From Dendronephthya gigantea (Eukaryota): a stretch of DNA of 64,000 nt. The stretch lies in the NCBI RefSeq assembly GCF_004324835.1, contig NW_021163015.1, positions 3,016,323-3,080,322 of the forward strand, in the 5' to 3' direction. Made by a program: the position numbers and the translations under genes. Positions 1-13,165 of the stretch are shown in pieces; position 1 is the first letter of the stretch; the number at the start of each line of letters is the position of its first letter. The notes under the pieces were generated by a model, which saw nothing but the letters and a program-made list of their open reading frames with translations, ran no database searches and was not told the origin of the DNA.

Positions 1-545
1 TTAACTATAGATTCTGCCCCTTGCTTGTCAAGGTTTCCCAAAGTTACACGAAATATATATCGTGACGTCATTTGGATATTAATGTCTTTATACTAAAAAT
101 GGACGTTGATTTCATATCGCTCAATATCTTGTGTTTTCTGCAAATTCAGTTCCTGCTCAGCGCTGTAGCTACATATGCTCACTACCTTTATCTGCCACCG
201 AAGGAGTAAAGATGAGGCCTATATACACTTCGTTCCAACATTTTCTCCTTTTGATAGATGCGATCGAGTGAATTTTTGGCGAATGTAATCATATCAATAC
301 TATCCTTATATTATATCCAAACATTTACGTCTGTAAAAATAAAAATCGACATGTTCTCTCTTAGCTTCTTTATAATCGCTTTCATTTACTTTTCAATCAC
401 TTTTTCTTTTGCCAATAAACACAAGTAATATAATTCAACATCCATTCTCTCTTTCCCATGCCTCAGGATGGTAAAACAAGATACCGGAACTGGGCCACAC
501 CCTTCGTAACCACCTAGTTCCGCACTCCATCTTTACAAAATAAAC

Positions 546-3500
546 ATGTCTATCGATTTAAAGACGAACAGTGCCAGCCTTTCAAAGGCTTGGCAAGATA
601 TTTTTGATGATAAATGCGAAACAGATTGGTAAGTAATCACTCGTTAAAGTTTGAACGTTTATTAACAAGTTTATGAGTTTAAATGGCTGATTTAGATGTC
701 TCAATAAATTCGATCTGTATATATTTTCATACTTTTAATAGGGCACTCTTTGGTTACGAAAAGAATACCAACACTCTTAAAGTTGCCGACACTGGAGGTA
801 TTTTTCTTTCTCGATGATGTAAAACTCAATCCAAAAAGCTTTTCCCAAACTTTAACCTGTTTTATTTTGATACAAGATAATTTGTTTACATTTTTAATGT
901 TGCAACATGATTTGGAATATTTCGTTTTGTCCCAGGATTTCGCTTCACAATCGTTATGATATCATTAAATAGAAGCTTTAAAAGCTAATTTATAGTTCAA
1001 AAGAACTCCAAAAATAATATTAGAATGTATCTGTCCATTGGTCTTCAAGGATGAAATCAGTGAAATTGTGTCTGCTGGATTTGCGATTTACTTCCGGTTT
1101 TAATAGTATTTTTAAAAAAAATTTGACTGCTGTGTCTATTACCCAATACTTGAATTTTAATAAATAGTTGATAAACAACTGTTTAAAATGTAGACATCTC
1201 ATAACCTCCAACAATGTGGCGATGGTGATAACAAGCTAGCAAAGTCAGCATGTTGCATCATGATAACCACTACTTCCTAGAGCAAGCTGTAACAATCCTT
1301 GAAGTTATTACTTCATACTTTGTGATATAGCGGACAACTAGTTGAAATATTTATAATAGTAAATACTTCACTATAATGTTTTGTATATCACTGGATTAAA
1401 TCACTTTATGATATTTAGATGGAGGTTTTGAAGAACTTAGTGATGAGTGGAACAGTGGTAAAATGTTGTATGCTGGCTTGAAAGTTATTGATCCTAATAC
1501 AAATCTACCAAAATATGTTCTGATAAACTGGGTTGGTATTCTTAAAATGATATTGTGTTGGTAATATATAAACATTATCACCACATGGAAATGTGATGAT
1601 AATTGTCGCCATTAATAATCATTCACATTATTTTCAGCCTTTGATTAATCCTATCCCACAAACCTTACCTGTATTTATTCATGGTCTTGATACATATAAT
1701 GTCATAAAATCTACAGTTTGCGCTATTCACCAGTACCAACCATAACTATCTTATCATTTTCACATCAAAGGTGGGTGAAGGTGTTCCATCATCAAGAAAA
1801 GGAACATGTGCGAATCATGTCAGAGATGTGGAGAGATTTTTCAAGGTAATATTACTTGAATGGTAACCAGTGGATAATTTGGTAGTACTTGATGGTCGTA
1901 CTCGTTACACAATTCTTTCAGGGACATCATGTGGCAATAAACGCTCGTAATGATGATGATGTTGAAGAAAGTGTTATCATTGAAAAGGTTAAATCATCTT
2001 CAGGTAAAAGGATTTGATATACTCCTACCATGACTTGTACACAGTTGTTTCTCTGCCTAATGCCAGATGCTTTATTTTATAAATGGTAAAGTCAAAGTTA
2101 GTTGTTTATCAGAAAACTTCTCCTTTCTTTAGGAGCCAACTACAGTTACCATAAAGAAAAGGCCAGACCAGTTGAAGCACCCACTGCTGTGGTAAGTTTG
2201 ACTTACTTGATGCTCTTTCTGATGTGCATACTGTGTACTCTAGTATAATTTATATGCAATTTTCTACAATTTTATTTCGTTTTTATCAAATTTCGTTTCT
2301 TTCGACATGCCAGGGTTCTGTTTACCAGAAACAAAATGTACGCAAAGACACGGATATGGCTAAACGAAATCAATTTTGGTCGCAACAGGAAGTAAGGAAG
2401 GACACTTGACAAGTGTTTTCATACATTTTGGGAGTGAAAATTGATGATTTTGTTTACCGTCGACAGATAGATGAAGCAAAACGTCAAGACGAGGAAGCCA
2501 AAAGCAAGACTCAGACGAAAGACGAAGCCGAGAGAAAGCGCAAAGAGAGAGAGGTTAGTTTCCGTTTCTCGACTTTTGTAAAAGAAGATGCAACAAGCTC
2601 GTGAGTTTGCCATTGACGTTTTACGAATAAGTTGGTGTCTGCCAGAATGGTGAACTGTTTCCATCGAGTTTTAGATGGTCTAGTGTTGCTTTTCTCTTTG
2701 TCTCTTGTGCTAAAATCACTTGAATTGTAACCGAATTTCCATGTTCTATTTCATAGCTACGAGAGGCGAAGACGAGAGAAGAACAGTTCAGAGAAAGATC
2801 AAGAAGCATTGACGAGAAGAGGTGACAAATAGACGTTTATTTGCTTGTTTAGGATAACCCAGTAAGGCCGTAAAACCATCGACTAAAATTTTGTGTTTGC
2901 ATGCAGTATTTTACATATGTTCTGCGAATATATATCATGGCCTTTTTCTTACAACTAAGTTTAATTCATGCAGGAAACAAGAACGTGAAATAGCAAAGAA
3001 GAAGGAAGAAGAAAGAAAGGAGAAAGACGCTGCAAGAGCTCAGGCTTATACCAAGGAATACGAAGAAGATAAAGCAAGAGCCGCGGCTGCCGCAGGAAGG
3101 AGAGAGGTTCGCATTACGAGTTTTTGTTCAGCAGAAGCGTTTGAAACGGTAAACAAAATCTTTTCGTTGGATTTCAGGAAGCTGCGGACATGATCAGAGC
3201 CGGGAAGGCAGCCAGACCCCAGCCCCCTGCTCCACAGGCGCGGCCACGTCCAGCTGTGCCCGAGCCGGAACCGGACAATGAACCAGAACCTGAACATGAA
3301 CCTGAACCTGAGCCTCGTTATTCACCAGAGCCTGAACCGGAGCCTCGTTATTCACCAGAGCCTGAACCCGAGCCTCGTTATTCACCAGAGCCTGAACCCG
3401 AGCCTCGTTATTCACCGGAGCCTGAACCCGAGCCAGAACCAGAACCCGATCACCGTTATGAACCGGAGCCTGAACCCGAGCCAGAACCAGAGCTGGTAGG

Positions 3501-4162
3501 TGTCGACCGCGAAATCTCGCTGTGTTGTCAGTGTTTTCATCTTTTTCTAATTCCAACGTTAATGCGTATCCCCAACTCTCTAAGTCATGGCTTTATGTTA
3601 CAGTACAACTGTATCTTCTCTGACTCAGATCTAATCACTTCTTTATTTTGTACCTCGTTAGGAACAAGACAATGAGTATGATATCCCGGAGAGCGGTCCA
3701 GTTACTGGGGATCCGTCAGCTGGATATCAAGACCAACAAGATGACGAGAATCTCTATGACAACGCTGACGCCATAGTGGAGGGTACTGGTCAGGTGAGGA
3801 TTTTCGAATACAATTTGTATTGCAAACAAAGTTAAATAGCACGCTAATGTGTAATGTACTCTCGTTTAATGTACTTTTAGGAAGAGTCAAGTGGCGATGA
3901 TGTTCGTGCGAAAGCATTGTATGACTATCAAGCAGGTATGCTACAAGTCTTCCCCTCCCCTTCCCCCACAAAATTGCATTTTCCTGCGCGTCACCATTAA
4001 TAATTTTGTATAAATTACCTAGCTGACGACAGCGAGATCACGTTTGATCCAGGTGATATAATAACGGAAATCAATCAGATAGATCCAGGTTGGTGGCAAG
4101 GTAGGGCGCCTGATGGTTCATATGGCTTGTTTCCTGCAAACTATGTAGAAATCATTGATTGA
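546..4162 (+). CDS. DBNL: Drebrin-like protein / actin-binding protein 1: N-terminal ADF-H domain, charged coiled-coil linker, Pro/Glu-rich repeat region, C-terminal SH3 domain. 14 coding exons
   Basis: Translated exons align along the full length of vertebrate DBNL (mAbp1) as I recall it: [28 protein letters not shown] / [18 protein letters not shown] / [36 protein letters not shown] / [25 protein letters not shown] / [16 protein letters not shown]... / [19 protein letters not shown] / [26 protein letters not shown] ... final exon [45 protein letters not shown] (SH3). Exons: 546-628, 742-797, 1419-1531, 1771-1845, 1922-2003, 2133-2191, 2314-2391, 2467-2553, 2757-2821, 2974-3106, 3178-3495, 3662-3793, 3881-3935, 4023-4162. 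Every junction is GT...AG and the phases are consistent. Confidence 0.88.
3301..3420 (+). repeat. Perfect in-frame tandem repeat, 4 x 30 nt (CCTGAACCNGAGCCTCGTTATTCACCAGAG), encoding ([10 protein letters not shown])x4 inside DBNL exon 11. Degenerate PE-dipeptide copies flank it across 3262-3495
   Basis: Read directly from the sequence. The four units differ at only 1-2 synonymous positions. Together with flanking PEPEPEP tracts this yields a Pro/Glu-rich stretch of about 75 aa between the coiled-coil linker and the SH3 domain. Confidence 0.95.
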
Positions 4163-4454
4163 AATATGGCATTATAAACAAGAGACCGCCGCATTTTGCC
4201 TGCTCCATGGTTGTAGCATCAAAACTTTATATTTGTAGGTTATTTTTTTACGTTATTCAAATTAATACCAAAACAATAATATAAACAGATAATGGTCTAG
4301 GTCTTGAAAGTTGAAACAGGGCCCGGGGTAGGCTTGTTATCAACTTCCTAAAACCGAAAGTTTGAGTTGATTGAAAATATACACCACCTTCCATTCGTTT
4401 CCAATCAATCAGTTCAATTCATTTATTCGTACTAAAACTCCTTTTTAAGCAGGT

Positions 4455-4610
4455 TTGCCACCGGGCCACTTGTTCGCGCCAAGCGACTTCGAAAACAAAT
4501 TTCGGTAATGTGATTGGTTGAAGAAAAAAAATCCGTTGCAATTTCTTTCTCATTAGCCAATCACATTACGGAATTTATTACCGCCATGCGAACAAGCATG
4601 GCCAGCGGAT
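4455..4610. repeat. Imperfect ~155-bp palindrome (two ~65-bp inverted arms around a ~25-bp A-rich loop), about 300 bp downstream of the DBNL stop codon and probably inside its 3' UTR. Hairpin-forming or MITE-like element
   Basis: Left arm ...GCCACCGGGCCACTTGTTCGCGCC...AAATTTCGGTAATGTGATTGGTTGAAG. Right arm CTCATTAGCCAATCACATTACGGAATTT...GCGAACAAGCATGGCCAGCGG. Reverse-complementing the right arm matches the left arm along blocks TTGTTCGC and (A)AATT(T/C)CGGTAATGTGATTGG. Confidence 0.6.
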
Positions 4611-4768
4611 CACAGCATTGAATTAAAGAGAAGAGATGTCTACTCTTTGATTAATTTATATGCGCGCTTTGTATTTGTAATGGAACAGAAAGTGCAACTG
4701 ACTGCACTTATCTTAAAGCTAATGTCGCACTGTACTATGTTTAAAACGTGATTAATAGTTGAATGCTA

Positions 4769-4774
4769 AATAAA
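4769..4774 (+). terminator. Candidate polyadenylation signal AATAAA for DBNL, about 600 nt after the stop codon
   Basis: First canonical AATAAA hexamer downstream of the DBNL stop on the + strand. There is no transcript evidence. Confidence 0.3.
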
Positions 4775-7708
4775 ACAAAAGTACGAAACAGTAATTGCAC
4801 TGTAAAAAAAGTAATTTTTGATATAGAAAATTAGTTGATAAATGAATGAGTTCTTCTTTGAAAAAGAGTTGTTTGTTTTGTGAATGACACTGTATAAACA
4901 CCGTGTTTGCCTGAATGTAATTTATTACCCTATTTGTACTTGTGGATGTCCTTTCAAGGACGGATTAGCGGAAATATACTAATCCATATTTCATGGTATT
5001 GCTTCTCCATGCAAACTCTGGCTTGACGAGTTCCTGTATCGGTGCTTCCAAGGCGCAGACCATTTTTCACACTTGTCGTTTTTATCTCCCCAAGTGTCAA
5101 TGGTCCTGGAGAGCGCTCCGTACGCAATCTCTGCGCCCCTGCTATCTCCAACCACAAACCTCAATATGACACACTGATTTTGCTTTGAACAAGACAAAAA
5201 TATGCTACCGGATAATGCGGTCTTGCACTGCCTAAAATAGATGAGAAAACTTCTCGACGTTTCGACGCTTGTCAGAGAGAATATGCTTGAATTCTGAAAA
5301 TATATTTTCGATGATAGATAATGCATGTAGAGTGCTGTTGGTTTTGAAATTCCCACGATGTTCTGTATAACCTGCCCACGGCGATAACACCAGCCCACGC
5401 TGATAAAGAACGTGTCACACAAAAATAACACCATAGCCACCGGTCATTCAACCCGGTTCAAGGTAACACAGGAAAGAATGCAGACAATCTATACCAGAAA
5501 TATCAATGATGCATATACCTTGATTTCGTTATCCAGCAATCCATAGATAAAAAATCTCACTTTTCTTTTATTTTCAACTAGTAAGAAGGAATAGAGAGTT
5601 TTGTGGCTAACGACAGGAATTTGACGTTTGGGACAATACGAAAATGGTTTTAGCTCTCTCTCTCTATAGTATATATAGTTCACTCTAATAACTTGGAGTA
5701 CTAGGCCGAGAAATTGAGAGATACAATAGCTTTAGGGTATGGTGCAGGTGTGGTTAGGGGGGATAAGAACAGGGTGTTGAAAAGATTGCAAGTAATGTAC
5801 TCTCTAGTCAAATTTAGTGCCTTTGTAATAATTGCACAACCAAATTTAGCTGTGATATTATCAGAATATCAGCGTATAGTAACCTGTTCATTACACTATT
5901 GTTCACATGCAAGTAATATTATAATTAATTGAATGTATCTAATTATCGCCATATTATATGCATCAGTTTTTCGCGAAAGCGTGTGGTAGCAACCGCGCGG
6001 ATTTTCTGCAGAAATATTCGTTGTTTTAAACGACTTTGTTAAAGAGATAAAACAGCTGACCAAATTGTTTGTACGTAAGCGAGACATTCTAAATCATTGT
6101 TGCTAAAAATGTCACCAGGTTCAAAGGATGCCAACTACTGTGTTAATAGGGTGAATAGAGGTGTGACATGCTGTCATAACGCGTTGTTCTATATTCAATG
6201 TTGAGATAAGGAAATTAGATTTCCCCAGTAACATGTTGTTCAAATTCATTCTGTTCCAAATGCATGCAGTTTTAATCACATAACCAAATTTCCTTATTTA
6301 CTGTAGTCTGTAATTAAAAAAAGGGCGACGGAATGCATATCGCGATGCTTAACTATAGACTCTGTACGTCTGATGAAACTATGCAAGGAATTGCTATGAA
6401 TGTGAGTGGGTGTTATAACAGTATTGTAGATTTTAAAGGGACTATATTTAGAAAATGAACTAGACCTCACAAAACGGTCATACTTCAAGTGACGGGGATT
6501 GTAAATGATATAGGAACGAATATAAATGATAGAGAGGGTCACGGTTAGGGTAGATTTGCTTCAAATGCTTCAGACTGCTTTGAAACTGTAGTAGGTACGC
6601 TTTTCATTATGAAAATAATTAGAACTGGCTCTCATACATGCAGTCTGCATTCAACGTCATATATAATCTCTAGGACTCTTATCAAGACTGAGGTGAATCC
6701 ATTATGAACAATGATTTAAAAGGAGAGGAACTGCTTGCTTGAAAAAGAGATTCCTCTCTTTATATTATTAAGCTGAAACAAATAAATGATTGTCGTTTTG
6801 TCCATGTGCCGACAGCTTGCATTTGTCAGGACCGCGTGTGTTATCGTTTGTGCATACAATGGACAGGCCATTGTGAATTCCTGCATGTCGCCGAGTGGAA
6901 TTCAAAAGCTAATCCAAAATTAGCTCAGCAAACTATACTTGTTTCGTCTTCTTGAAAGAAATCATTGCGAAACATAGCTGTTGAATGTGAGCACACCAAG
7001 CAATCTGACTAACATTCAAAAATAAATGACAAAGGTAAACATATTTTACAATTAGAAACTGTTGACAGGGAATGAATCTTTTCGACAGATTGTTTTTTCA
7101 TTATATCACCTGTGTATATAAACATTGATGCAATAATCATTTAACATTATTTGCGTTAGCTTAACCACTGTTTACCTTTGCAGAAATAAACCGTTTCAGA
7201 TTAAAAGCGTACAGTTAAATATATAACCTAATGTAGTGTGTACTATATTGGGATTTGGGACATAATCATCTACGCTATCAAATGTCACCCAATGTATACA
7301 TATACATGCATGCAGGCGTTATGTTGCTTTGTCTAGCCATATAAAGCGAGGTTTATTCACAATGGGATGTAAGATTTTGGTTATTATTCACGCTGCATTG
7401 TGAACAGACAACACGCATTGTTGTTGCTGTCGCAATTTTAGTCAGTAACTTCTTTATAAGAACATTATTAGCGTGGAGTCCCGCGGTGCTTGTGGGCGGA
7501 GAACTAACCCGTAATACACTTAATAACTCTCGTACATGACAATCGTTGGTTTATTTTCAGCTTACATATCATATTCGTGTACATGCCAGAGAGCAAGATT
7601 GCACGAACATTTTTAGCAGAGTTTGACATTACCGTTACGGTTGACATTTTCGAAATATACTCAGATCTCGGACATCTGATAGAGTTTTGCGAGCACAAAT
7701 ATTTGGAT

Positions 7709-10700
7709 ATGAGACGGAGACGAAGCGGAATGATCTTACAGCATGCTAATGCTATTCGTGTTGTAATACTGGGGAAGAAAGGCGTCGGGAAATCAGGTAA
7801 TTCTTACATTACATTACAATTGTATAAATATGCATGTTCACATTGTGACTTCTCGTTTTTACAAGGATTACGCACGCATTCACAAGGATTTTAACGTTGA
7901 ACTGTAACAGGCTAATGCAATTTTCTAACCCTAATTATCGGGGTTCAAGATATCTTTATCGAATTGTTTCTCCAAACTAAAAAATCGTACAAACTTCGGC
8001 TATTTGTGTACAGTCCTGAATGTGGCTGCATTATCGTGCGTTAGAGTTGGACAGAATGGTAACTACTGTCAGTATCTGTGTGTATCTCTGTCTTCATTGC
8101 ATATGCAGTCGCGTTTTCGAGCGGCAGTGTGCAACCAACCATTTAAACATTTCAACCAAATATTCAAAAAGTTTTGAAGTTAGTACATTAGTACATTAAA
8201 TTGGTCAAGCAGCATTGTCATTTTGGATGCTAGATTTGAATTGCTACTTTCACTCTTCAGAGGAGCATTCTTCTTCTTTCCTAAAAATGTCGAGTGTGTC
8301 TAACGACTGCGGTAGTTCTGTAAATTAACATCCTGTATCGATTTAAAAAGCCTCGAAATCCCAGTATGGTGCTGTGATATTACTTCAAATTGTGGATCGA
8401 GGAATGCGACTAATTATGATTGTTCATTATACCGTAGCTGTTTGATTTTCGTGGATTTTGGATCGCGTCCAATCGCGACGCAACGAGAAAACGCATGAAT
8501 CACACACTCGTGGGTAGACCTTCAAAATGATTTACTGCGACACTCGACAAACAATCTCTTCAGGCCTTGAACCATGCATTTTTTAAGTGCTATTTCATTC
8601 CAGAATGTTTTCGTGCAAACAGCTACAACTTTTCCGACCAGAATCATTTTGGTCTAATTTAAACGTGCTGCATTACGGATAACCAAACGAACAACGTAAA
8701 CATCTTGGTAAAAGACCTAAGTCGATTGCGCTGAGTTTAAAATAATAGTTTGTGTGAGTTTGTTTGAGACAATTTTCTTCAAATTTGGTCTTGTAGTTAT
8801 CAAATACTTAAGATGTCTCGCCAATTTGCTTAAAAGATTATATCCTGTAAAAGTATGTTAATGACCTGTGTCTATGAGTCTATGACGCAGCGTTGCCGAT
8901 CGTTTGTCTTTATCCCATCTTCCGACATTTCATGCGTGTAGATTCATAAATTGTGGAAAGCTTCAAAGAATATAAGTAGAAAAATACACACGGCATTGTT
9001 CTAGTTTCTTGTCTGTCTGCCACAATGTCTCGAAGGCACTTTAACATATTAAAATTAAAAAGCACAGCTCATTAAATATCGGCTATTATCATTTTGATAA
9101 CCTGTGACCTATTCGTTACCTACATTACCTTAATGTAATGAAAACTGCACTTGGCTTTGAAATGCTGGATCAGAAATATTCGTAACTTATCTCAACATCA
9201 TATTGTGAGATTTTTGTGGTTTTTTAAACCCAAATTGCCCATATTTCGCTACGAGGGTTTCCATCAAAGGCATACAACTGCATGTGCATGACCTCAACTG
9301 GTTTTGGGAGTAGGACTTGTCAATTTAATCACTTCGTCTCTAATTTATGACACCCGACAAAAATTTTAATGTTTTTTGGATTGCATGTGCCATATTCATG
9401 CGTGGAAAAGCTGAAGACTGTATTTGTTGTAATATCTTCTTTCAGCTCTGACCGTCCGGTTCATGACGAAGCGTTTCATTGGCGAATACGACAGCAGTGG
9501 AGGTGAGCTTTCGTTGTAATATATATGAAGTAATCATTGCAGATATTGATAAACGGAGACATATACACGTTAAAATAGCGTCATGTTGCATATGCCCGAC
9601 AGGTCACTTCAAAATAACATGATGTACAAAAATCTGAACTCAGACAGAGGTTTTCATGGATTCACTCAAAATCTACGCTCACTCGCAGAGATTTTTTGCC
9701 CCACGTTTATGATGTATAAATTTTTGAGCGTTTCAGACACCAGCATGTAACATGATGAAGCGTGTTTCCTTTGTGGAATTCGATACATTTGATTCGTGTT
9801 TTAAAAATAGTGAAAACCGCGGCTAAATTTGTCCGTGTTTAACAATTAAAGGTTGATATAATGAGTTCATCTGTCAGGCCAACGGTTGAGCTTCCGTTGC
9901 AGAAAATAGAAAAAATCCTTGTATTGTAAAACTTCGGGATTTAGGCAAAGTGTTAAAAACACATGTTATTTAGATCAACAGTTCAGAACAGTTGGACACT
10001 CTTTCTTAATTGCTTGTTCCTCTCGATCGCACCTGAACTTTCTATAGAACCAAGGTGACGGTAGTCGGTAGGAACTCTTCTATTTTTGGCAAACATATCT
10101 TTTTAATCGTTTCTCTCAAAGACCTCAGTGCAAAAATAGCAGCATACCTTCAAATTAGTGGGGCGTAGAGTTCATTCTTTTCTCTAAAAAATGGGTATTC
10201 ACTAAGAGGATCTATAAGATACTTGATCGATAACGGCTCTTTAGGCTGCGAAATTCGCACCATATTCGACTTAACCACGGTGATTTAACCAGGTATGAGT
10301 CTTCCTGAAGGCAGAAGTACAAACACTGGGGTTAAAATATATATGAAATCCAAAAATATATTTCAATTTCAAGAATCATTGATTTCCTTCGACCAATAAT
10401 CATAATTCCACATCAAAGTTTTCCCAGTGGGTTTTCCTGAATCGCGTGGTAAATCAAATGCAACGCAATGCATGACCACTGACTGGGCACTGAGTCTTTT
10501 TAATTATAAAAAAAGGAAAGAAATAAAACCATTAAATGGTTCAAGCAATTCAACAGATTTTCAGTTCGCATGTTTTTCATTATTGTATGACGTTCTTGAT
10601 GACAAATACGTAAGCTGGGTCAATGAAAAAATTAATTTTGTCGTATAGGTTTCCTGGGTAGTGAAAGAACGTCTGTCTGCTCAGGCTATCGTATAGGTAA

Positions 10701-13165
10701 CAAGTATAAATTCATTCAACAACATTAATTGCTCCGTGCTGGATATAAACCGCCTTTGCACGTGCAATATTTAACTGTTAACATGGCGACTTTCATCGAC
10801 TCGTCGATGTCCAATTAATTAAAATTATGGAAAAAATTTCGTTCTCTAAAAACAATGATTATGTGTAGGTTCAGTTTATGAGATTTAGAAGTTTTTTTTC
10901 GCTGGAATTATTTTTTTTTATCAGTCAAGCCACAACTATTCAAGGATTAGAGATGTTTTGGTCTATTATAGTTTTGTCGGATTTTATCGTGGGAAATTTT
11001 CTAGCGTACAAGTGGTTTTAAGACTTGAAGATTTTTCACATTTTTTTTCCAAATTTTACAAATGATCAAGGCTTGTTTTAGGCATAGAGACGTTAAGGTT
11101 GGCACTCTTAGGTACTTAGGTAACATCCTTCTATTCGACTTAACAATAATCTCTGAATAAAGCATTGCAAACTTTATTTGGCAAAACTCTAGAGTGTCAT
11201 TGTGCACGGTGATAACAGCTTTAAAAATATTCCCTTGTGTGGATACATTGAACATTCTCAGCCAACCCAGGGTCTTTCATGGTTCTCAGTCTCAAACGGC
11301 GGGTAATTACCCGCAAATACTCGTCATTTTCCGTCACTGTTCTACGGAAGGTTTTGCAATTCAATAAATAAATAAATGAAAACCTTGGTGCGATTCTCAG
11401 CGCCCCAATTTCCTGTCGCACCTGTCACATTTTATAGCGTTTTAGTTTTTCAGACAAATCTTTCATCGAATAACCTTTGCCCAAGACGTAATCGTTTCCC
11501 TGATCACCTACCTTAACCATGTTCCTAAGGCTTTCTCAAGAAAAAAAAACTCTTCGTTCTAAATTTCAACTCGATCGATCAATATTTCTCACCAACGCAC
11601 AGACTTACCATCGACTTTGTCTGAGAACTATTTCGCAACAAAACCAAATTTGTCTTCTCTGAATTGCATTGTCGCTCTCAAAGTCCACCGCACAATTGAA
11701 AGAAACCCCATTACCAATTTAGAATTAATCAAAACAGAGAAACTATTAAAATAACGGCTCCCAACAAAGCCGGTATGTGAATGATCGTGCTGGGAAAAGA
11801 GTTTGCTGTGTGTGTCAATAAAACACACGCGAGGTAGCTATGCAAGATTCCATTGTGTGTGTTTGAGGGCTGACAATGACCATTTTAGACAACCCAACTC
11901 TTTGTCTCAAAATCTACCGCACGTCTGCGATGGAATATCTGGTATTCCATGTTAAAATCCACGAATATAATCCTAACTTCAATCTTAAATCTGACCTTAA
12001 TTCTTACCCAACTATTAACCCTATAAAAGATAGATAGATTTAAGATCATATTCATAACTCTCTTTCTCCCTAACCACTAACTGATCAAGCAGTCTAAGTA
12101 AACAGTATATGCTCTTGCTGTTTAGATGAAACTTGGAAACATATGGCTTTAATTGACGAAGAACACGTTCCACTTGAAATAAACGACACGACCGGTGAAG
12201 TAAGGCTGCAAACATTTTTTGACATTTCTCCAATTTTAGGAAGTTGATCTTGAATGTGTGCAATGCTTAGAATTCTTAACATTCATTCGGCAATTCCGAC
12301 TAAAGAATATCGTTTAAAATAGCTGCTGTACACCGAGATGGAATACAATAAAACGTGCTTGTTTAGCTCTTTCCTGTCATAGATTTACCAAAATATATCC
12401 ACACATGCAGGCACCACTGGAGAAGAAAAGAGAGTTATTAGATTCCACTCTGTATAAAACAGTTTTTTAACGGTGCATGATAGCATCTTAAAACTGGAAT
12501 TATCTATTAAAATGAAGTATTATATCCACAATACAGACTATATAAGATATTTTATCTTACGCACTTTCCCATAAAACATGCATGAAAACGACGCACTACC
12601 GACACAAACTACTTGATTTTTGGTCCCACAAATGATAACATCGATTCTCAGTGAACTGGTCATCATCTGGTGATAATTCAATATACCTACGATTTCAACA
12701 ATTGCTTGTTTGCCTTTTCAGTGTTCCGAAGAGAAGCTGGACTTGTATGTTGGTTGTGGGGATGTTTTTATTATAATGTATTCAATTACCGACAAGGAAT
12801 CACTAGAACATGCTAAGCATTTGGGCGAATCGGTTCAGCGTAAAAAACCAGACGCGTCGGAGAACATTGTTCTAGTCGGAACCAAAGCGGACCTTGAACA
12901 TTTACGTCGTGTCGACTTCAGCTCTGCGCAGGAAACCGCAAACGAACTCCAGTGCCTTTTCCAAGAAATCTCCATCAGTGATGGTTACGAACAAGTTGAT
13001 AGACTATTCCAGGAATTATTGCGGAGATATTCTAAGAAAATCAGCGCGCAAAAAGCTCCCGTCAAATCGATCTTGAAAAAGAAACAAAAAAGCAAAGATA
13101 ACTTAGGCAAATCATCGTTGAGTCGCAAGAAAAGTATGCATAATTCTGTACCCATTGTAGAATAA
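7709..13165 (+). CDS. Ras-like small GTPase, RERG/RASL11/RASL12 subfamily (paralog A), 4 coding exons, no C-terminal CAAX motif
   Basis: Exons 7709-7796 (MRRRRSGMILQHANAIRVVILGKKGVGKS, P-loop), 9446-9502 (ALTVRFMTKRFIGEYDSSG), 12126-12199 (DETWKHMALIDEEHVPLEINDTTGE, G3 motif is DTTGE), 12722-13165 (...DVFIIMYSITDKESLEH...IVLVGTKADLEH...FQEISISDG...SMHNSVPIVE*). The alignment resembles human RERG ([25 protein letters not shown]...DTAGQ...LVGNKADL) as I recall it. An alternative upstream in-frame ATG at 7583 would add 42 aa. I prefer 7709 because it mirrors the short basic N-terminus of paralog B. Confidence 0.8.

Noticed and set aside
3194-3556. 120-aa minus-strand ORF and 73-aa plus-strand alternative-frame ORF (3278-3499) overlapping DBNL exon 11
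   Set aside because: These are shadows of the GC-rich, stop-poor PEPEPE repeat. All three forward frames and the reverse frames stay open only because of repeat composition, and the DBNL frame is the one supported by flanking homology and splice phases.
4991-5440. 149-aa minus-strand ORF in the DBNL / RERG-like intergenic region
   Set aside because: No recognisable domain, no splice-compatible partners, and low-complexity composition. In AT-poor stretches ORFs of this size occur by chance.
7577-7708. Upstream extension of RERG-like paralog A (MPESKIARTFLAEFDITVTVDIFEIYSDLGHLIEFCEHKYLD) from ATG 7583; the track start at 7577 is GTG
   Set aside because: The extension has no counterpart in paralog B or in RERG-family proteins, and the internal ATG at 7709 reproduces the family's short basic N-terminus. 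It is kept as an alternative start and not called.
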